Of a stretch of DNA of 64,000 nt, positions 29,411 to 39,495 are shown piece by piece. The first letter of the stretch is position 1, and the number at the start of each line of letters is the position of its first letter. The notes beneath the pieces were generated by a model. The model saw nothing but the letters and a program-made list of their open reading frames with translations, had not been told where the DNA came from and did no database searches. Location: assembly GCA_037137395.1 (NCBI GenBank), contig JBAXKK010000002.1:43213-107212 (forward strand), read 5' to 3'. The DNA comes from Elusimicrobiota bacterium (lineage in GTDB: Bacteria; Elusimicrobiota; Elusimicrobia; Elusimicrobiales; UBA9959). The translations under genes and the position numbers were made by a program.

Positions 29411-30283
29411 CTATTCGGTCACTTGCGACATGCCACCGGTCAGAATCATGGAGTTCAGAGCCCTCTCAAGCAGTACGCCGGACATCTCTCTGCGGTAAGC
29501 GGCTTCGGACCGGGCGTCAGTGATGGGCGAGACCTCGGTTTTAACCAGCGCCGCGGCCGTGCGTGCGTTCTCTTTATTAAGTACGCGCCCCGTCAGATAG
29601 TTTGCGGTTTTTACAGCCATGAGCGGCACTGGCGCCACTGAAGCGAGAGCTATGGAGGCGGACCGCACTTTCTCCCCGTCAAGCTCCAGGGCGACAGCCA
29701 CCGACGCCTTGGCAATGCCGAAATACGCCCTGGGACCGAGTTTCAAATAAGCGCCGGAGTGCTTCCACTTGGGAACTTCAAAAGCCGTTATCAATTCATC
29801 CCTGCGCAGCACGGTCTGTTTGGGCCCGCTAAAAAAATTCCGCAGCGGTATTTTGCGCTTTTTGCCTCTGAGCTCAAGCCAGACATCGGCTCTTTCCGCG
29901 CAAAGGGCGCAGGCGCCGTCCGCGCAGGGGCTGGCGGTGGCGGCGTTACCGCCGATGGTAGCCATGTTCCTTAAAGAGGGGCTGGCAAAATGCGGTATGG
30001 CGGATCGGAGGGCGGGAAGCCACCGGCTTATAAGTTCGGAACCGCCTAATTCCGATATCTTGACTCCGGAACCGATAATCAGGGAGGTTTTTGTTTCTCT
30101 TATCCCTTTCAATTCTTTGATATCGCTTATATCCACCCAAACTCGCGAAGCGTCCAGGCCAGCGTTAGCTCCGGACACAAGGTCGGTACCGCCAGCCAGG
30201 TATTTTCTGGAACCGCCGTGAGAGGGCGGCAGCAGCCAGAGCTCTTTCAATGTCGCGGGTTTTACAATGTAGGCGTTGGGCAT
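29411..30283 (-). CDS. Mo-hydroxylase FAD-binding subunit (second)
   Basis: LAGGTDL, LRNMATIGGN..ASPCAD and PITDARS..YRR. Confidence 0.9.
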   Translation of the reverse strand: MPNAYIVKPATLKELWLLPPSHGGSRKYLAGGTDLVSGANAGLDASRVWVDISDIKELKGIRETKTSLIIGSGVKISELGGSELISRWLPALRSAIPHFASPSLRNMATIGGNAATASPCADGACALCAERADVWLELRGKKRKIPLRNFFSGPKQTVLRRDELITAFEVPKWKHSGAYLKLGPRAYFGIAKASVAVALELDGEKVRSASIALASVAPVPLMAVKTANYLTGRVLNKENARTAAALVKTEVSPITDARSEAAYRREMSGVLLERALNSMILTGGMSQVTE

Positions 30284-30295
30284 AGTGATTAAGTC

Positions 30296-30401
30296 AATTC
30301 AAGATTCAAGATTCAAGAGATGCCAGCAATTTTTAATCCGCACTTTTAAACTTCAAATCCTTAGTCCCAAATCTTCAATCTGGAATCTTGAATCTTCAAT
30401 C
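30296..30401. repeat. Inverted heptamer arrays, ATTCAAG/CTTGAAT family
   Basis: attcaag attcaag attcaag ... atcttcaatctggaatcttgaatcttcaat. Confidence 0.8.
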
Positions 30402-30902
30402 CTATATATCTGTTTTGGCTTTTTCCACGGCGCTTATTACCTTTTCGTAGCCGGTACAGCGGCACAGATTGCCGGTCAGTCCGCGCTTGATATCTTCCAC
30501 TGTAGCGTGAGGATTTTCTTTTAAAAGCGCTTCCGACGCAATAATCAGGCCGGGCGTGCAGAAGCCGCACTGCACGGCGCCTTCTTCCATAAAAGTTTTC
30601 TGCAGGGGATGCAAGCCGCCGTCACGGCCTTTAAGTCCTTCTATAGTGATTAAACGCTTGCCCTGCAGCTGAACAGCCATCATCAGGCAGGAGTTGACGG
30701 CTTTGCCGTCAACGAGCACCAGACAGGCGCCGCACTCACCTTCACCGCAGCCCTCCTTAGTCCCTTTAAGACCGAGGTCCAGGCGAATAAATTCGATAAG
30801 GGACCTGGAGGAATCCAGGTCCCGTTCCACCTTTTCTCCATTCACAAAACATTTGAGGGAGAACTTAGCGCGGTGCGTTATTTTTTTATTCTTTTCGGTC
30901 AC
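30402..30902 (-). CDS. Mo-hydroxylase [2Fe-2S] subunit (second; start uncertain)
   Basis: GTKEGCGEGECGAC, QCGFC and GNLCRCTGY. Confidence 0.92.
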   Translation of the reverse strand: MTEKNKKITHRAKFSLKCFVNGEKVERDLDSSRSLIEFIRLDLGLKGTKEGCGEGECGACLVLVDGKAVNSCLMMAVQLQGKRLITIEGLKGRDGGLHPLQKTFMEEGAVQCGFCTPGLIIASEALLKENPHATVEDIKRGLTGNLCRCTGYEKVISAVEKAKTDI

Positions 30903-30915
30903 GCGTATGCCTGTC

Positions 30916-32241
30916 CTAAAAATCAAAGCCCATTCCGACCAGGAACTTCACGCCGCTCAGCGTCAATGTGTCGGCTTCGCCGGCTATGCCGCCGCGCGTA
31001 AAGTTCATAGTATTCATTTCGTAGCGCAGTTCGGCCACGAGTTGTGTCTTGTCCGCTATCCGTATCCTCAAGCCTACGGGTACGCGGACCATTAAGCCCA
31101 GCGCTAATTCCTCCGTGGGCTTAACAAAGGAGCCATTGGTATAGCCCTTTACATAAGGCAGCGTGAGCGAGTTGAGCGACATCCCAATTCCAAGTCCGAA
31201 ATAGGGGTCGACCTTCTCGCCGGGATGTCTGATAAGCAGATCGCCGCTGATACCGAAGGTTTTGACTGTGGCGTAATCGTTGGTATAAAACTCCATACTC
31301 CCGGGAGCGGCGCCGTTGAGGCTCCAGGTGGTCTTCTGAGCCGCTATATTGCGTTTCTCATAAGAGAATTCCAGATCTCCGCCCAGGGCGCCGTTTCCGA
31401 AGCCGCCGACGCGGAAAGCGATCGGGCCGAAGCCTTCGGTAACGAGTTTTTCGAATTTAACGCTTCTGTAATTGCTGGAAGCATAAGGCGACAGGGGATT
31501 ACCGAGAGAAATACCAAGGGCGTTACTATAGGTGTTATCAAGCTGTATATTCCCTTTGGAATTAGAAAATTCCAGGTCCATTTTAGGAGAACCGAAACCC
31601 ATAAACACGTCAAAGAAGCCATACTGATGTTTTCCGCGCGGCTTCCTGACGGCGGCTGTCTGCTTCATGGCTGGCTGCTCATAAGCAGGCTGCTCATACG
31701 GCTGCGCGTACGCGGACTGCTGTGACTGGCCCGGCTGCGTGGCCGCGTCGCCCACCCAGTCCTTTTCCAGATCCACCTGAGAAGCGCCTATGGCTTGCGC
31801 GGTTTCGGTTTTTATAAGACGGGCGTTAACCTCTATCTTGCCGGCCTGCATTTCCACCAGGGTGCCGGTAACAATGGCCTGCACGCCCAGGAGTTTCCCA
31901 AGTTGCTGAGTCGAAGTGGCGTCCATCATGCCGGTGGACTGGAGCTTGAGCTCACCCATAACCTTATCCAGCATGCTGCGCTCCACAACTTCAAATTTCC
32001 GCTGTTTTATCAGGCGCATAGTTATGCGTTCCGACACTATAGCCCCGTCCTTAGTCGCAACCCGGCCGTCCGCGTAGGAGAAGGGCAGAATTGCGATCTT
32101 CTTATTGGTCAGGGTGGTTCCCGCCTCGCTTATCTCCCGGGCTATCTGATCGTACTTGTCCTCAGCGAAAACTACGCCGTTAAAATTTAAAAACAAAGCG
32201 CCTAATATAAGAACTCCGGCAATTTTAAATCTGCTCATCAT
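30916..32241 (-). CDS. Secreted protein with a CsgG/FlgO-like N-domain, Q/P-rich linker and outer-membrane beta-barrel C-domain
   Basis: Signal peptide; KIAILPF...FEVVERS.LDKV..E...GKLLGV.AIVTG; amphipathic strands (PYFGLGIG) ending in a terminal Phe (GMGFDF). Confidence 0.75.
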   Translation of the reverse strand: MMSRFKIAGVLILGALFLNFNGVVFAEDKYDQIAREISEAGTTLTNKKIAILPFSYADGRVATKDGAIVSERITMRLIKQRKFEVVERSMLDKVMGELKLQSTGMMDATSTQQLGKLLGVQAIVTGTLVEMQAGKIEVNARLIKTETAQAIGASQVDLEKDWVGDAATQPGQSQQSAYAQPYEQPAYEQPAMKQTAAVRKPRGKHQYGFFDVFMGFGSPKMDLEFSNSKGNIQLDNTYSNALGISLGNPLSPYASSNYRSVKFEKLVTEGFGPIAFRVGGFGNGALGGDLEFSYEKRNIAAQKTTWSLNGAAPGSMEFYTNDYATVKTFGISGDLLIRHPGEKVDPYFGLGIGMSLNSLTLPYVKGYTNGSFVKPTEELALGLMVRVPVGLRIRIADKTQLVAELRYEMNTMNFTRGGIAGEADTLTLSGVKFLVGMGFDF

Positions 32242-32287
32242 TCCACCCTCCTAAAGTTCAACCTGCGTTTTTAAAAAGATTTTTGAT

Positions 32288-34576
32288 TTATTTTTTCTTA
32301 AGCCCGCCCCAAACCTTTTCAGGCAGGATGGGAACGCTTTTCACCCTGACACCGGAAGCGTTCCTGACCGCGTTTGCGATAGCCGGGGCCACGCCAATTA
32401 AGGGGACTTCGCCCATGCCTTTAGCCTTATACGGGCCTTCGGCATAGGGCTTCTCTATAAAAGTTATATCATATTCCGGTTTGTCGGCGGTAGTGGCCAT
32501 CACGTAGTCGGTGAAATTAGGATTGAGCATGATGCCGTTCTTGTACAGCAGGTTCTCATAAACGGCCCAGCTCATGCCCTGCAGTATGCCGCCCTGCGCC
32601 TGGCCCTCCGCGAGTCTCGGGTTTATGATCTTGCCTACGTCATATGCCGCGCAGATCTTAAGCACCCTGGTCACGCCTGTCTTCAGGTCCACCTCAACCT
32701 CCGCCACATCTGCGGAGTAGGAATAAGTCACGTAGGCGTCGCCCTGACCGTCGCCCATGTTGTAAGAGGTGTGCGGCGACACATACCAGCCCTGCTCGCC
32801 CATTTTCATGCGGAGGTTCCAGCATTCTTTAACAACTTCGGCAAAAGTAACCGACACTTCGCCTATATAGAAGACGCCCTGGAAGGCGCTCATGGGTTTA
32901 GAGCCTTCAGCGCCCTTGGCCAAAAGAAGATTAAAAGCGGTCTTAAAGATGTTCGCCCTCATCGGCGCGGCGGCTTCTATGATGGCGTTGCCGCTCATCA
33001 GAGTGGTACGGCTTGCCACGGTGGGGCCGGAGTCCGACACCTTGGAAGTATCCACTTCCTCCAGTTTTATATTCTCATAAGGGGCGTTAAGGGTCTCGGC
33101 ACAGATCTGGCTGAGCACGGTCAAGGCGCCCTGACCCATCTCTGCGTTGCCGACATTTACTCCGACGGTAGCGTCTTTATAAATATTGACATACGCGCCG
33201 GCTCGGTCAAGGTAACGCCCTTTGGCGCCAAGGCCCACGCCGTAATACGCCACGGAAACGCCCATGCCCCTCACAACATCACCTTTAGACTTCAGCATTA
33301 AGCCTTCAGCCTTTCGACTGTCCCAGCCGGATTTATTCTTCACGGTTTCAAGAAGCTCTTCAAGCCCGCAGGAAGCCCCGATTATCTGACCGGTGGCGGT
33401 TTTATCTCCAGTGCGCAGAATGTTTTTCATGCGCAGCGCTACCGGATCAATTTTCAGCTTGTGCGCCAATTCATCCACCAGCGATTCCTGCGCGAAACAG
33501 ATCTGCGGCTGCCCGAAACCGCGGAAAGCGCCGCAAGGCACCTTATTGGTGGCCGCGGCATAGGCTTCTATGCGGATATTATCTATCTTGTAAGGCCCGG
33601 CGGCGTGCACTGCGCCCCGCCAGAGAACTATTGGTGACAGGGTGGCGTAAGCGCCCCCGTCCAGAACATATTTCACCACGCAGCCGGTGATCTTCCCGCT
33701 CTTGTCGGCAGCATACGTAACCTTGGACCACGACGGATGCCTCTTGGACATGGAGTTAAAATCTTCTTTGCGGTCGTAAATGAGTTTGACCGGACGGCCG
33801 GTCTTAAGGGCGCACAGGGCCGCGTGCGCCGCCACAAGCGCCGGGACATCTTCTTTGCCTCCAAAACCGCCGCCGGTCACGGTTTGTATGACCTTCACTT
33901 TGTGATAGCCAAGGCTGGCGGCGGCCGCGACTCCGTCGAGAACATAGAACGGACACTGGGTGGAACTGTATATGGTCAGGCCGCCGTCGGATTCCGGAAC
34001 GGCGACAACGCCCTGGGTTTCAAGATAAGCGTGAACCTGGTAATTAGTGGTAAATTCATCTTCCACCACGGCATAAGCTTCTTTAATGGCTTTATCCGGG
34101 TCGCCTTTCTTAATGATAAATTTGGCAAAAATATTGTCGTCGCCGTGAAGTTTTATTGACTTTTTTTCCAGAGACTTCAGCGGGTCCTCGATGAACGGGA
34201 GTTCTTTATACTTCAGCTCCATAAGCCGGGCCGCTTTCTTAGCGGCATTTTGAGTCTCCGCCACCGCAAGCGCCACGGTTTCGCCCTGAAACCGCGCTTC
34301 CTTCTCAGGCAGAAAAGGATAATCGTTCACTACCAGCGGCCATTTATTTACGCCTCGCACGTCCTTGTATGTAACTAAAGTCACATAGCCGGGAACTTGC
34401 CGGGCTTTGGCGTCGGAAATGGACAGGATTTTTATGCGGGGTTTTGGGCAACGCACAGCTGCCGCGTACAGCATACCGGAGAATTCCTGATCGGCGGCGT
34501 ATTTAGCCCGTCCAGTCGCCTTTATAAGCGCGTCTTTCCTGGGCAATGATTTTCCTACATAAGAAAGGTTATCCAT
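32288..34576 (-). CDS. Xanthine dehydrogenase molybdopterin-binding subunit (XdhA/PucD-like)
   Basis: HAYLE, STQCPF, GGGFGGKE, AFRGFG.PQ, GPTVASR and AKGMGE. Confidence 0.93.
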   Translation of the reverse strand: MDNLSYVGKSLPRKDALIKATGRAKYAADQEFSGMLYAAAVRCPKPRIKILSISDAKARQVPGYVTLVTYKDVRGVNKWPLVVNDYPFLPEKEARFQGETVALAVAETQNAAKKAARLMELKYKELPFIEDPLKSLEKKSIKLHGDDNIFAKFIIKKGDPDKAIKEAYAVVEDEFTTNYQVHAYLETQGVVAVPESDGGLTIYSSTQCPFYVLDGVAAAASLGYHKVKVIQTVTGGGFGGKEDVPALVAAHAALCALKTGRPVKLIYDRKEDFNSMSKRHPSWSKVTYAADKSGKITGCVVKYVLDGGAYATLSPIVLWRGAVHAAGPYKIDNIRIEAYAAATNKVPCGAFRGFGQPQICFAQESLVDELAHKLKIDPVALRMKNILRTGDKTATGQIIGASCGLEELLETVKNKSGWDSRKAEGLMLKSKGDVVRGMGVSVAYYGVGLGAKGRYLDRAGAYVNIYKDATVGVNVGNAEMGQGALTVLSQICAETLNAPYENIKLEEVDTSKVSDSGPTVASRTTLMSGNAIIEAAAPMRANIFKTAFNLLLAKGAEGSKPMSAFQGVFYIGEVSVTFAEVVKECWNLRMKMGEQGWYVSPHTSYNMGDGQGDAYVTYSYSADVAEVEVDLKTGVTRVLKICAAYDVGKIINPRLAEGQAQGGILQGMSWAVYENLLYKNGIMLNPNFTDYVMATTADKPEYDITFIEKPYAEGPYKAKGMGEVPLIGVAPAIANAVRNASGVRVKSVPILPEKVWGGLKKK

Positions 34577-34615
34577 AAATTTACCCGCTATATCTAAAAC
34601 GGAAAGAAAGTTGCT

Positions 34616-35452
34616 TTACCCTTTCCGCTTCCCGTTTTCCGCTTTACGACTTTCCGCCACCCTCATATGCTTGCCGTCTTTTTTGTAATGCAGCATTATT
34701 ATCTGGGCCATCACCGAAACTGCTATCTCGCCAGGCGTCTTGCCGCCCAGATTGAGACCGATGGGCGAATAAACCCGCTTGTCCTTGAGCGGATAAAGCT
34801 TTTTCTTACCTGCCAGACGGAATATTTCCCGCACTTTATCGGCGCTGCCTATCATTCCGATATAAGCCGCCTTTGTCCGCATAACCGCTTCAAGGCATTC
34901 CCTGTCCAGGGCGTGGCCCCGCGTGACAATGACCGCATAGGTATTCTCGTCCACTCCGGCGCGTGCTACGGCTTCATGCGGCCTTTCAAGAATGATATCG
35001 GAGGCGTGTGGGAATCTTTCTTTGTTGGCGAATTCCGGCCTATCGTCGGCGACAAGGTACGGGTAGCCGGCCATATCCGCGGCAGCGGCTATCTTCATTC
35101 CCACATGGCCCGCGCCCAGTATCAATATTTTAAGCGGGCTCTTGTATACATCTATAAATATTTCCACGCGGCCCATGCATATCATGCCGGTATTGCCTTT
35201 GGGTTTGAGGTCGAAAACAAATTTGCCCCCGACGCCTTTCTTAATGCAGGCCACGGCCTGTTTTATCGCCAGAGCCTCCAGGGTCCCCCCGCCGACCGTA
35301 CCCTCTATAGAACCGTTCTCGAACACCAGCATTTTGGCGCCGGCCTCGCGCGGTGTGGAACCATCCACGTCAATGACGATCACGAAAGCGGCGTTCTTCC
35401 CTCCGTCCACCGCTTCGCCCAGCATTTTGATAAGATTCCTGGATTCCTTCAT
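34616..35452 (-). CDS. XdhC/CoxI Moco-insertion accessory protein
   Basis: GSTPREAGAKM, GTVGGG.LE, GAGHVG, VTRGH..D, YIGMIGS and PIGL..GG.TP.EIA. Confidence 0.92.
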   Translation of the reverse strand: MKESRNLIKMLGEAVDGGKNAAFVIVIDVDGSTPREAGAKMLVFENGSIEGTVGGGTLEALAIKQAVACIKKGVGGKFVFDLKPKGNTGMICMGRVEIFIDVYKSPLKILILGAGHVGMKIAAAADMAGYPYLVADDRPEFANKERFPHASDIILERPHEAVARAGVDENTYAVIVTRGHALDRECLEAVMRTKAAYIGMIGSADKVREIFRLAGKKKLYPLKDKRVYSPIGLNLGGKTPGEIAVSVMAQIIMLHYKKDGKHMRVAESRKAENGKRKG

Positions 35453-35979
35453 TATTTCACCACCCACTCGTCAATTTTTTTATCCGTGCCGTACTCAACG
35501 ATCTCAACCGCGGCTGAATCCTTTCCCAGGGCTTTAGCCCAATCGTTGGCCACTATCTTCACCAATTGTTCCTGCTGGGATCTTTCAAGGCTATTGAAAC
35601 GCTGATCCACATAAACACGCAGCGCGTCATCCTTATAACCGATATCATCCACGCCCAGATTACTCAGCTCGCCAGCCCCTTTTTCCTTTATCGCCCGTAT
35701 CAGTCCGTCTTTTACATCATTAGTGATTGCGCCTGTTTTAACCGGCGCGTCCGGCACTTTGGCGGAAAACGAACTATCCACAAGCTTGCCGGTTATGGCA
35801 AGAGAAAGAATCACAAAGAGTATTTTTAATCGCGGCGAGCTTTTTTTTTCAACTTTCAGAGACTTCGGTCCAGCGTTGAGCTTCACACCGTATGACGGGC
35901 ACATATTCGCGTTCCCGCGCGCTTGCAATAAAGCCCTGTAATACCTGTTAATACCGCCCATACTCGTCACCTCACTCAT
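35452..35979 (-). CDS. Hypothetical single-pass membrane protein
   Basis: One TM helix; TAATG-coupled to the XdhC gene. Confidence 0.6.
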   Translation of the reverse strand: MSEVTSMGGINRYYRALLQARGNANMCPSYGVKLNAGPKSLKVEKKSSPRLKILFVILSLAITGKLVDSSFSAKVPDAPVKTGAITNDVKDGLIRAIKEKGAGELSNLGVDDIGYKDDALRVYVDQRFNSLERSQQEQLVKIVANDWAKALGKDSAAVEIVEYGTDKKIDEWVVK

Positions 35980-36020
35980 GTTGTAATCGTAGAATCCAGA
36001 ATATTATATAACTTATGTGA

Positions 36021-37250
36021 CTACAGAAAAATCCAGTATATTATCCCATTTATCAGGGTCAGCGGCACTCCGGCCTTCGCGAATTCTGTAAAGGTCAGGG
36101 TCTCCCCGGCTTTTTTCTCTGCGTTCTGGATAATGATGACATTGCTGGCCGCGCCCAGGATGAACATATTACCCGCGATAGTTGAGCCGGCGGCCAAAGC
36201 CATAAGCTGCGGGGTCCCGGCTCCGGCGTGCGCAATCGCCGGCATATAAAGAGCGACCAGCGGCACATTGGAAATCAGCTGGCTCACGACCACGCTCACG
36301 GAGAGTATCATAGGCGTGGAGGCGATTTCAAGGCCGGAGCTCGCTATTGCTTCCTGAAAGAATCCGATGTCCCAAACGCTTTTCATCAGGATGAACATAG
36401 CCGCGAAAAAAACAAGCGTGCTCCAGTCCGTCTTTTTCAGCAGTTCCGTCCTTCGCGAACTAAAAACGAGCGGCGGCAGCATGGCCGCCAACGCGATATA
36501 GGTGAGTTTTAAATTCGCAGCGGGAACTAAATAAACAGCCAGAATCTTAACGGCAACCATGACACCCATAACGATAAGCGAGACCTTGGAAAGAAAACTG
36601 AGGTAATGATCCTTTATAGGCTCCTGGGAATGCACGAGCGCACCTTTAGAAAAATGCCCGCGGTACATAATTCTCAGCAGTAAAAAAGCGAAAACCAGAT
36701 TCAGAACCGTGGGAAGGAAAAGATATCTTAAGAAGGTAATAAAAGGCGCCGCCACGCCGCCGTTCACGGCCACCAGAAGATTCTGCGGATTGCCGATAGG
36801 GCTCATTACGCTGCCCGTGGTAATGCCGAACGCCAGAGTCAGCAACAGAAGCTTCGGGGACATTTTGTGCTTTTTGGCCAACAGCAGGACCACTGGCGTA
36901 CCGATAATAGCCAATGTATCGTTCATCAGAGCGGCGGAAGCGAAGGCTGAGCCAAAAAGAACAAAGAACACCAGCTGACCAAGCGACTTGGCCCGCTTGA
37001 AGAAGGAATACTCCAAATGTGCCAGATAACCACTCATTTCAAGCGCGGCCCCGACCACGAACATGCCGAACAGGAAAAAGATAACATCAAAATCTATCGC
37101 TCGCAGAGCCGCCGCCGGACCGATATCTCCCGATAGCAGCACCGCGGCCGCGCCCGCGAACATCACCTGCCAGATCTCAACCCGGAAACGCCCCACCCGA
37201 CGGACGGCAATCAGCACAAAAACAATAATGAGGACGATTATGGGAAACAT
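36021..37250 (-). CDS. ArsB/NhaD (SLC13-like) anion permease
   Basis: Many TM helices; SAALMND, SPIGNPQN, ISNVP and STIAGN...GAASN. Confidence 0.88.
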   Translation of the reverse strand: MFPIIVLIIVFVLIAVRRVGRFRVEIWQVMFAGAAAVLLSGDIGPAAALRAIDFDVIFFLFGMFVVGAALEMSGYLAHLEYSFFKRAKSLGQLVFFVLFGSAFASAALMNDTLAIIGTPVVLLLAKKHKMSPKLLLLTLAFGITTGSVMSPIGNPQNLLVAVNGGVAAPFITFLRYLFLPTVLNLVFAFLLLRIMYRGHFSKGALVHSQEPIKDHYLSFLSKVSLIVMGVMVAVKILAVYLVPAANLKLTYIALAAMLPPLVFSSRRTELLKKTDWSTLVFFAAMFILMKSVWDIGFFQEAIASSGLEIASTPMILSVSVVVSQLISNVPLVALYMPAIAHAGAGTPQLMALAAGSTIAGNMFILGAASNVIIIQNAEKKAGETLTFTEFAKAGVPLTLINGIIYWIFL

Positions 37251-37325
37251 AATGTAGCGCGATAGCACGACAGCAAGATGGCACGTCAGATAGCAACGAG
37301 ATTTTAAGTCAGGCGGATTTACTAC

Positions 37326-38015
37326 CTACCAGTTGCGACCAAGTAGTTGTTGGTACTCCTCTGGCGTGTCAAAATCGCGGATAACACCTGCATCTGCCAC
37401 CACGAGATCCAGAACTTTCACCGACTGGTGATGCGTGACCCAATGCAGGCCCTTGTCATTGGGGCCTTCAAAACAAAGCTGAAAATATTTTCGCGGAATA
37501 ATTATTGGATGCCCGCGTTTGAAGGAAAGAGGATTAACGCCAGCTGGAGGCACCACGCTATCTTGCTGTCGTACTGTCTTGCTGTCGTACTGTCCTGCTG
37601 TCGCGCTTTCCGGGGCCTCGTCACGCCGGCACTTGGGAATAACAAGGAAATCTCTGCTGGATCGCCAAAAATCGGCTATCAGTTTATAGGTTTCCGGCTT
37701 TATTAGGGGCTGGTCAACCAGACAGATCATCACGGCTTCGGACCGGTAACTGACAAGTTTAAGGGCCGCCCTGACCGAAGCTATCTGCCCCAATTCCGGA
37801 GTCTCATTGAAAGCAACTCTTATCTCACCGGGGTTCCAGGCGGCAAGAACTTCCGCGCGGCTGGCGCCGAGAACAACAATAGTCTCCGTTACGCCCGCGG
37901 CATTGACTCCCGCGCAGACCGATTCCAGAAAATTACGCCCGTCATACTCAAGCAGCGCTTTTGTCCGCCCCATTCTGGAGGAATCCCCACCGGCCAGCAC
38001 TAAAGCGCTTATCAT
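37326..38015 (-). CDS. Molybdenum cofactor cytidylyltransferase (MocA-like) with a ~35 aa repeat-containing insertion
   Basis: LAGGDSSRMG.TKALL, LVDQP, RGHP and DFDTPEEY. Confidence 0.85.
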   Translation of the reverse strand: MISALVLAGGDSSRMGRTKALLEYDGRNFLESVCAGVNAAGVTETIVVLGASRAEVLAAWNPGEIRVAFNETPELGQIASVRAALKLVSYRSEAVMICLVDQPLIKPETYKLIADFWRSSRDFLVIPKCRRDEAPESATAGQYDSKTVRQQDSVVPPAGVNPLSFKRGHPIIIPRKYFQLCFEGPNDKGLHWVTHHQSVKVLDLVVADAGVIRDFDTPEEYQQLLGRNW

Positions 38016-39388
38016 CTAGCAGCCTTTTCAACCAGCTTCCTGGAAAGCTTATTGGCTCGTTCCGCAAGCATGAACTCATCGACATTGACGAGTCGGCCGT
38101 TCTTGACCACGATCTTGCCGTTCACGATCGTATACTTGGTCCTGTGCCCGGCCCCGCAGAAGAGCAGCGAAGCCAGCGGATCCGAACCTGAACCGGCGAA
38201 ATCCAGTCCGCTCACGTCGAAAACAGCCAGATCGGCGGCCTTACCGGGCTCTATGGAACCGATGTCGTTGCGGCCCAGCACTTTTGCGCCGCCCAAAGTT
38301 GCTATTTTAAAAACATCTCTCGCCGGCATGGACTCCGCGCCGGACTTCACGCGGTTAACCAACATGCACTGGCGCAGCTCGCCCAGCATATCCGAAGAGT
38401 CGTTGGAGGCAGAGCCGTCCACTGCCAGTCCTACCGGCACTTTGTTATCCAGGAACATTCGCACAGGCGCTATGCCGGAGCCTAAACGCAGATTGGAGGA
38501 CGGGCAATGAGCCACCCCCGTTCCGGTAGCCCCCATCCTTTTGGCCTCACACTCGTTTATATAAACGCAATGGGCGAACCAGGCGTTCCCCTCGGAAACC
38601 CAGCCCACTGATTCCATATAATCAAGCGGGCGCATCTTGAAAAGTTTAAGGCAGAAAGCTTCTTCATCTATAGTTTCGGCCAGATGAGTATGCATCCTGA
38701 CGCCCCATTTTTTGGCCATTTCAGCGGTAAGCTTCAGGAGTTCGGTGGTCACGGAAAAAGGCGAGCAGGGCGCCATAACCATCTGCGTCATGGGGAATTT
38801 ATTTTTATCGTGGAATTTATGGACCAGGCGCTCGCAGTCCTTCATGATAAAATCCTCGCTCTGCACAACAGAGTCGGGCGGCAACCCTCCCTTTGAACGG
38901 CCGCGTGACATTGAGCCGCGGGTCGGGTGGAAGCGCATACCTATTTCCCGCGCGGCTTCCACCTGCGTATCAATAAAAAATCCGCTGTTCTTTCTGGGGA
39001 AAAGATAAAGGTGGTCGGTACTGGTCGTACAACCGGTTAAAAGCAGTTCGCCCAGGCCGACCTGAGTGCTGGCGTAAACAGACTCAGGTGAGATATGCCG
39101 CCATATTTCATAGAGGTAAAGGAGCCAGTCAAAAAGCTTGGCGTCCTGCACTGCGGGTAGGTTGCGCGTCAGTGTTTGATAAAGGTGATGATGTGTATTC
39201 ACGAAGCCGGGCAGGACCACGCAGTTTTTAGCGTCTATAACAGTATCGGCCTTCACTCTGAGACCTTTGCCGATCTTCTTTATCTCGGGGCCCTCTATAT
39301 AAATATCGCCGCCCTTAATTTCCCGGCCTTCGCCGTCCATGGTCGCCAGGACCAAAGCGTTCTTTACGAGTATAGACTTATAAGCCAT
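38012..39388 (-). CDS. Amidohydrolase, 8-oxoguanine/isoxanthopterin deaminase-like
   Basis: NTHHHLYQTLTR, APCSPFSV, HTHLAE, HCPSSNLRLGSG and VDGSASND. Confidence 0.85.
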   Translation of the reverse strand: MAYKSILVKNALVLATMDGEGREIKGGDIYIEGPEIKKIGKGLRVKADTVIDAKNCVVLPGFVNTHHHLYQTLTRNLPAVQDAKLFDWLLYLYEIWRHISPESVYASTQVGLGELLLTGCTTSTDHLYLFPRKNSGFFIDTQVEAAREIGMRFHPTRGSMSRGRSKGGLPPDSVVQSEDFIMKDCERLVHKFHDKNKFPMTQMVMAPCSPFSVTTELLKLTAEMAKKWGVRMHTHLAETIDEEAFCLKLFKMRPLDYMESVGWVSEGNAWFAHCVYINECEAKRMGATGTGVAHCPSSNLRLGSGIAPVRMFLDNKVPVGLAVDGSASNDSSDMLGELRQCMLVNRVKSGAESMPARDVFKIATLGGAKVLGRNDIGSIEPGKAADLAVFDVSGLDFAGSGSDPLASLLFCGAGHRTKYTIVNGKIVVKNGRLVNVDEFMLAERANKLSRKLVEKAAR

Positions 39389-39495
39389 GATCGCTCCTTA
39401 TAAAAACCCACCACCCTTATATTATCCAAAATTTGTTCATCGGATAACCATATGTTTGTATCGCGTCCGTTTTTGTGGAATAATATCAGAAGGTT

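Noticed and set aside
34667..35605. Long antisense ORFs (312 aa here, 287 aa at 41001-41864, and many shorter ones)
   Set aside because: These are shadows of well-supported genes on the opposite strand and have no motifs.
25652..39388. Selenocysteine or selenium-dependent hydroxylase marker genes
   Set aside because: The ORFs are uninterrupted and there is no yqeB, yqeC or selD in the window. A labile Se cofactor cannot be excluded.
39389..39495. Purine riboswitch ahead of the deaminase
   Set aside because: No UAUAA...GUUUCUACC...CCGUAAA core seen.
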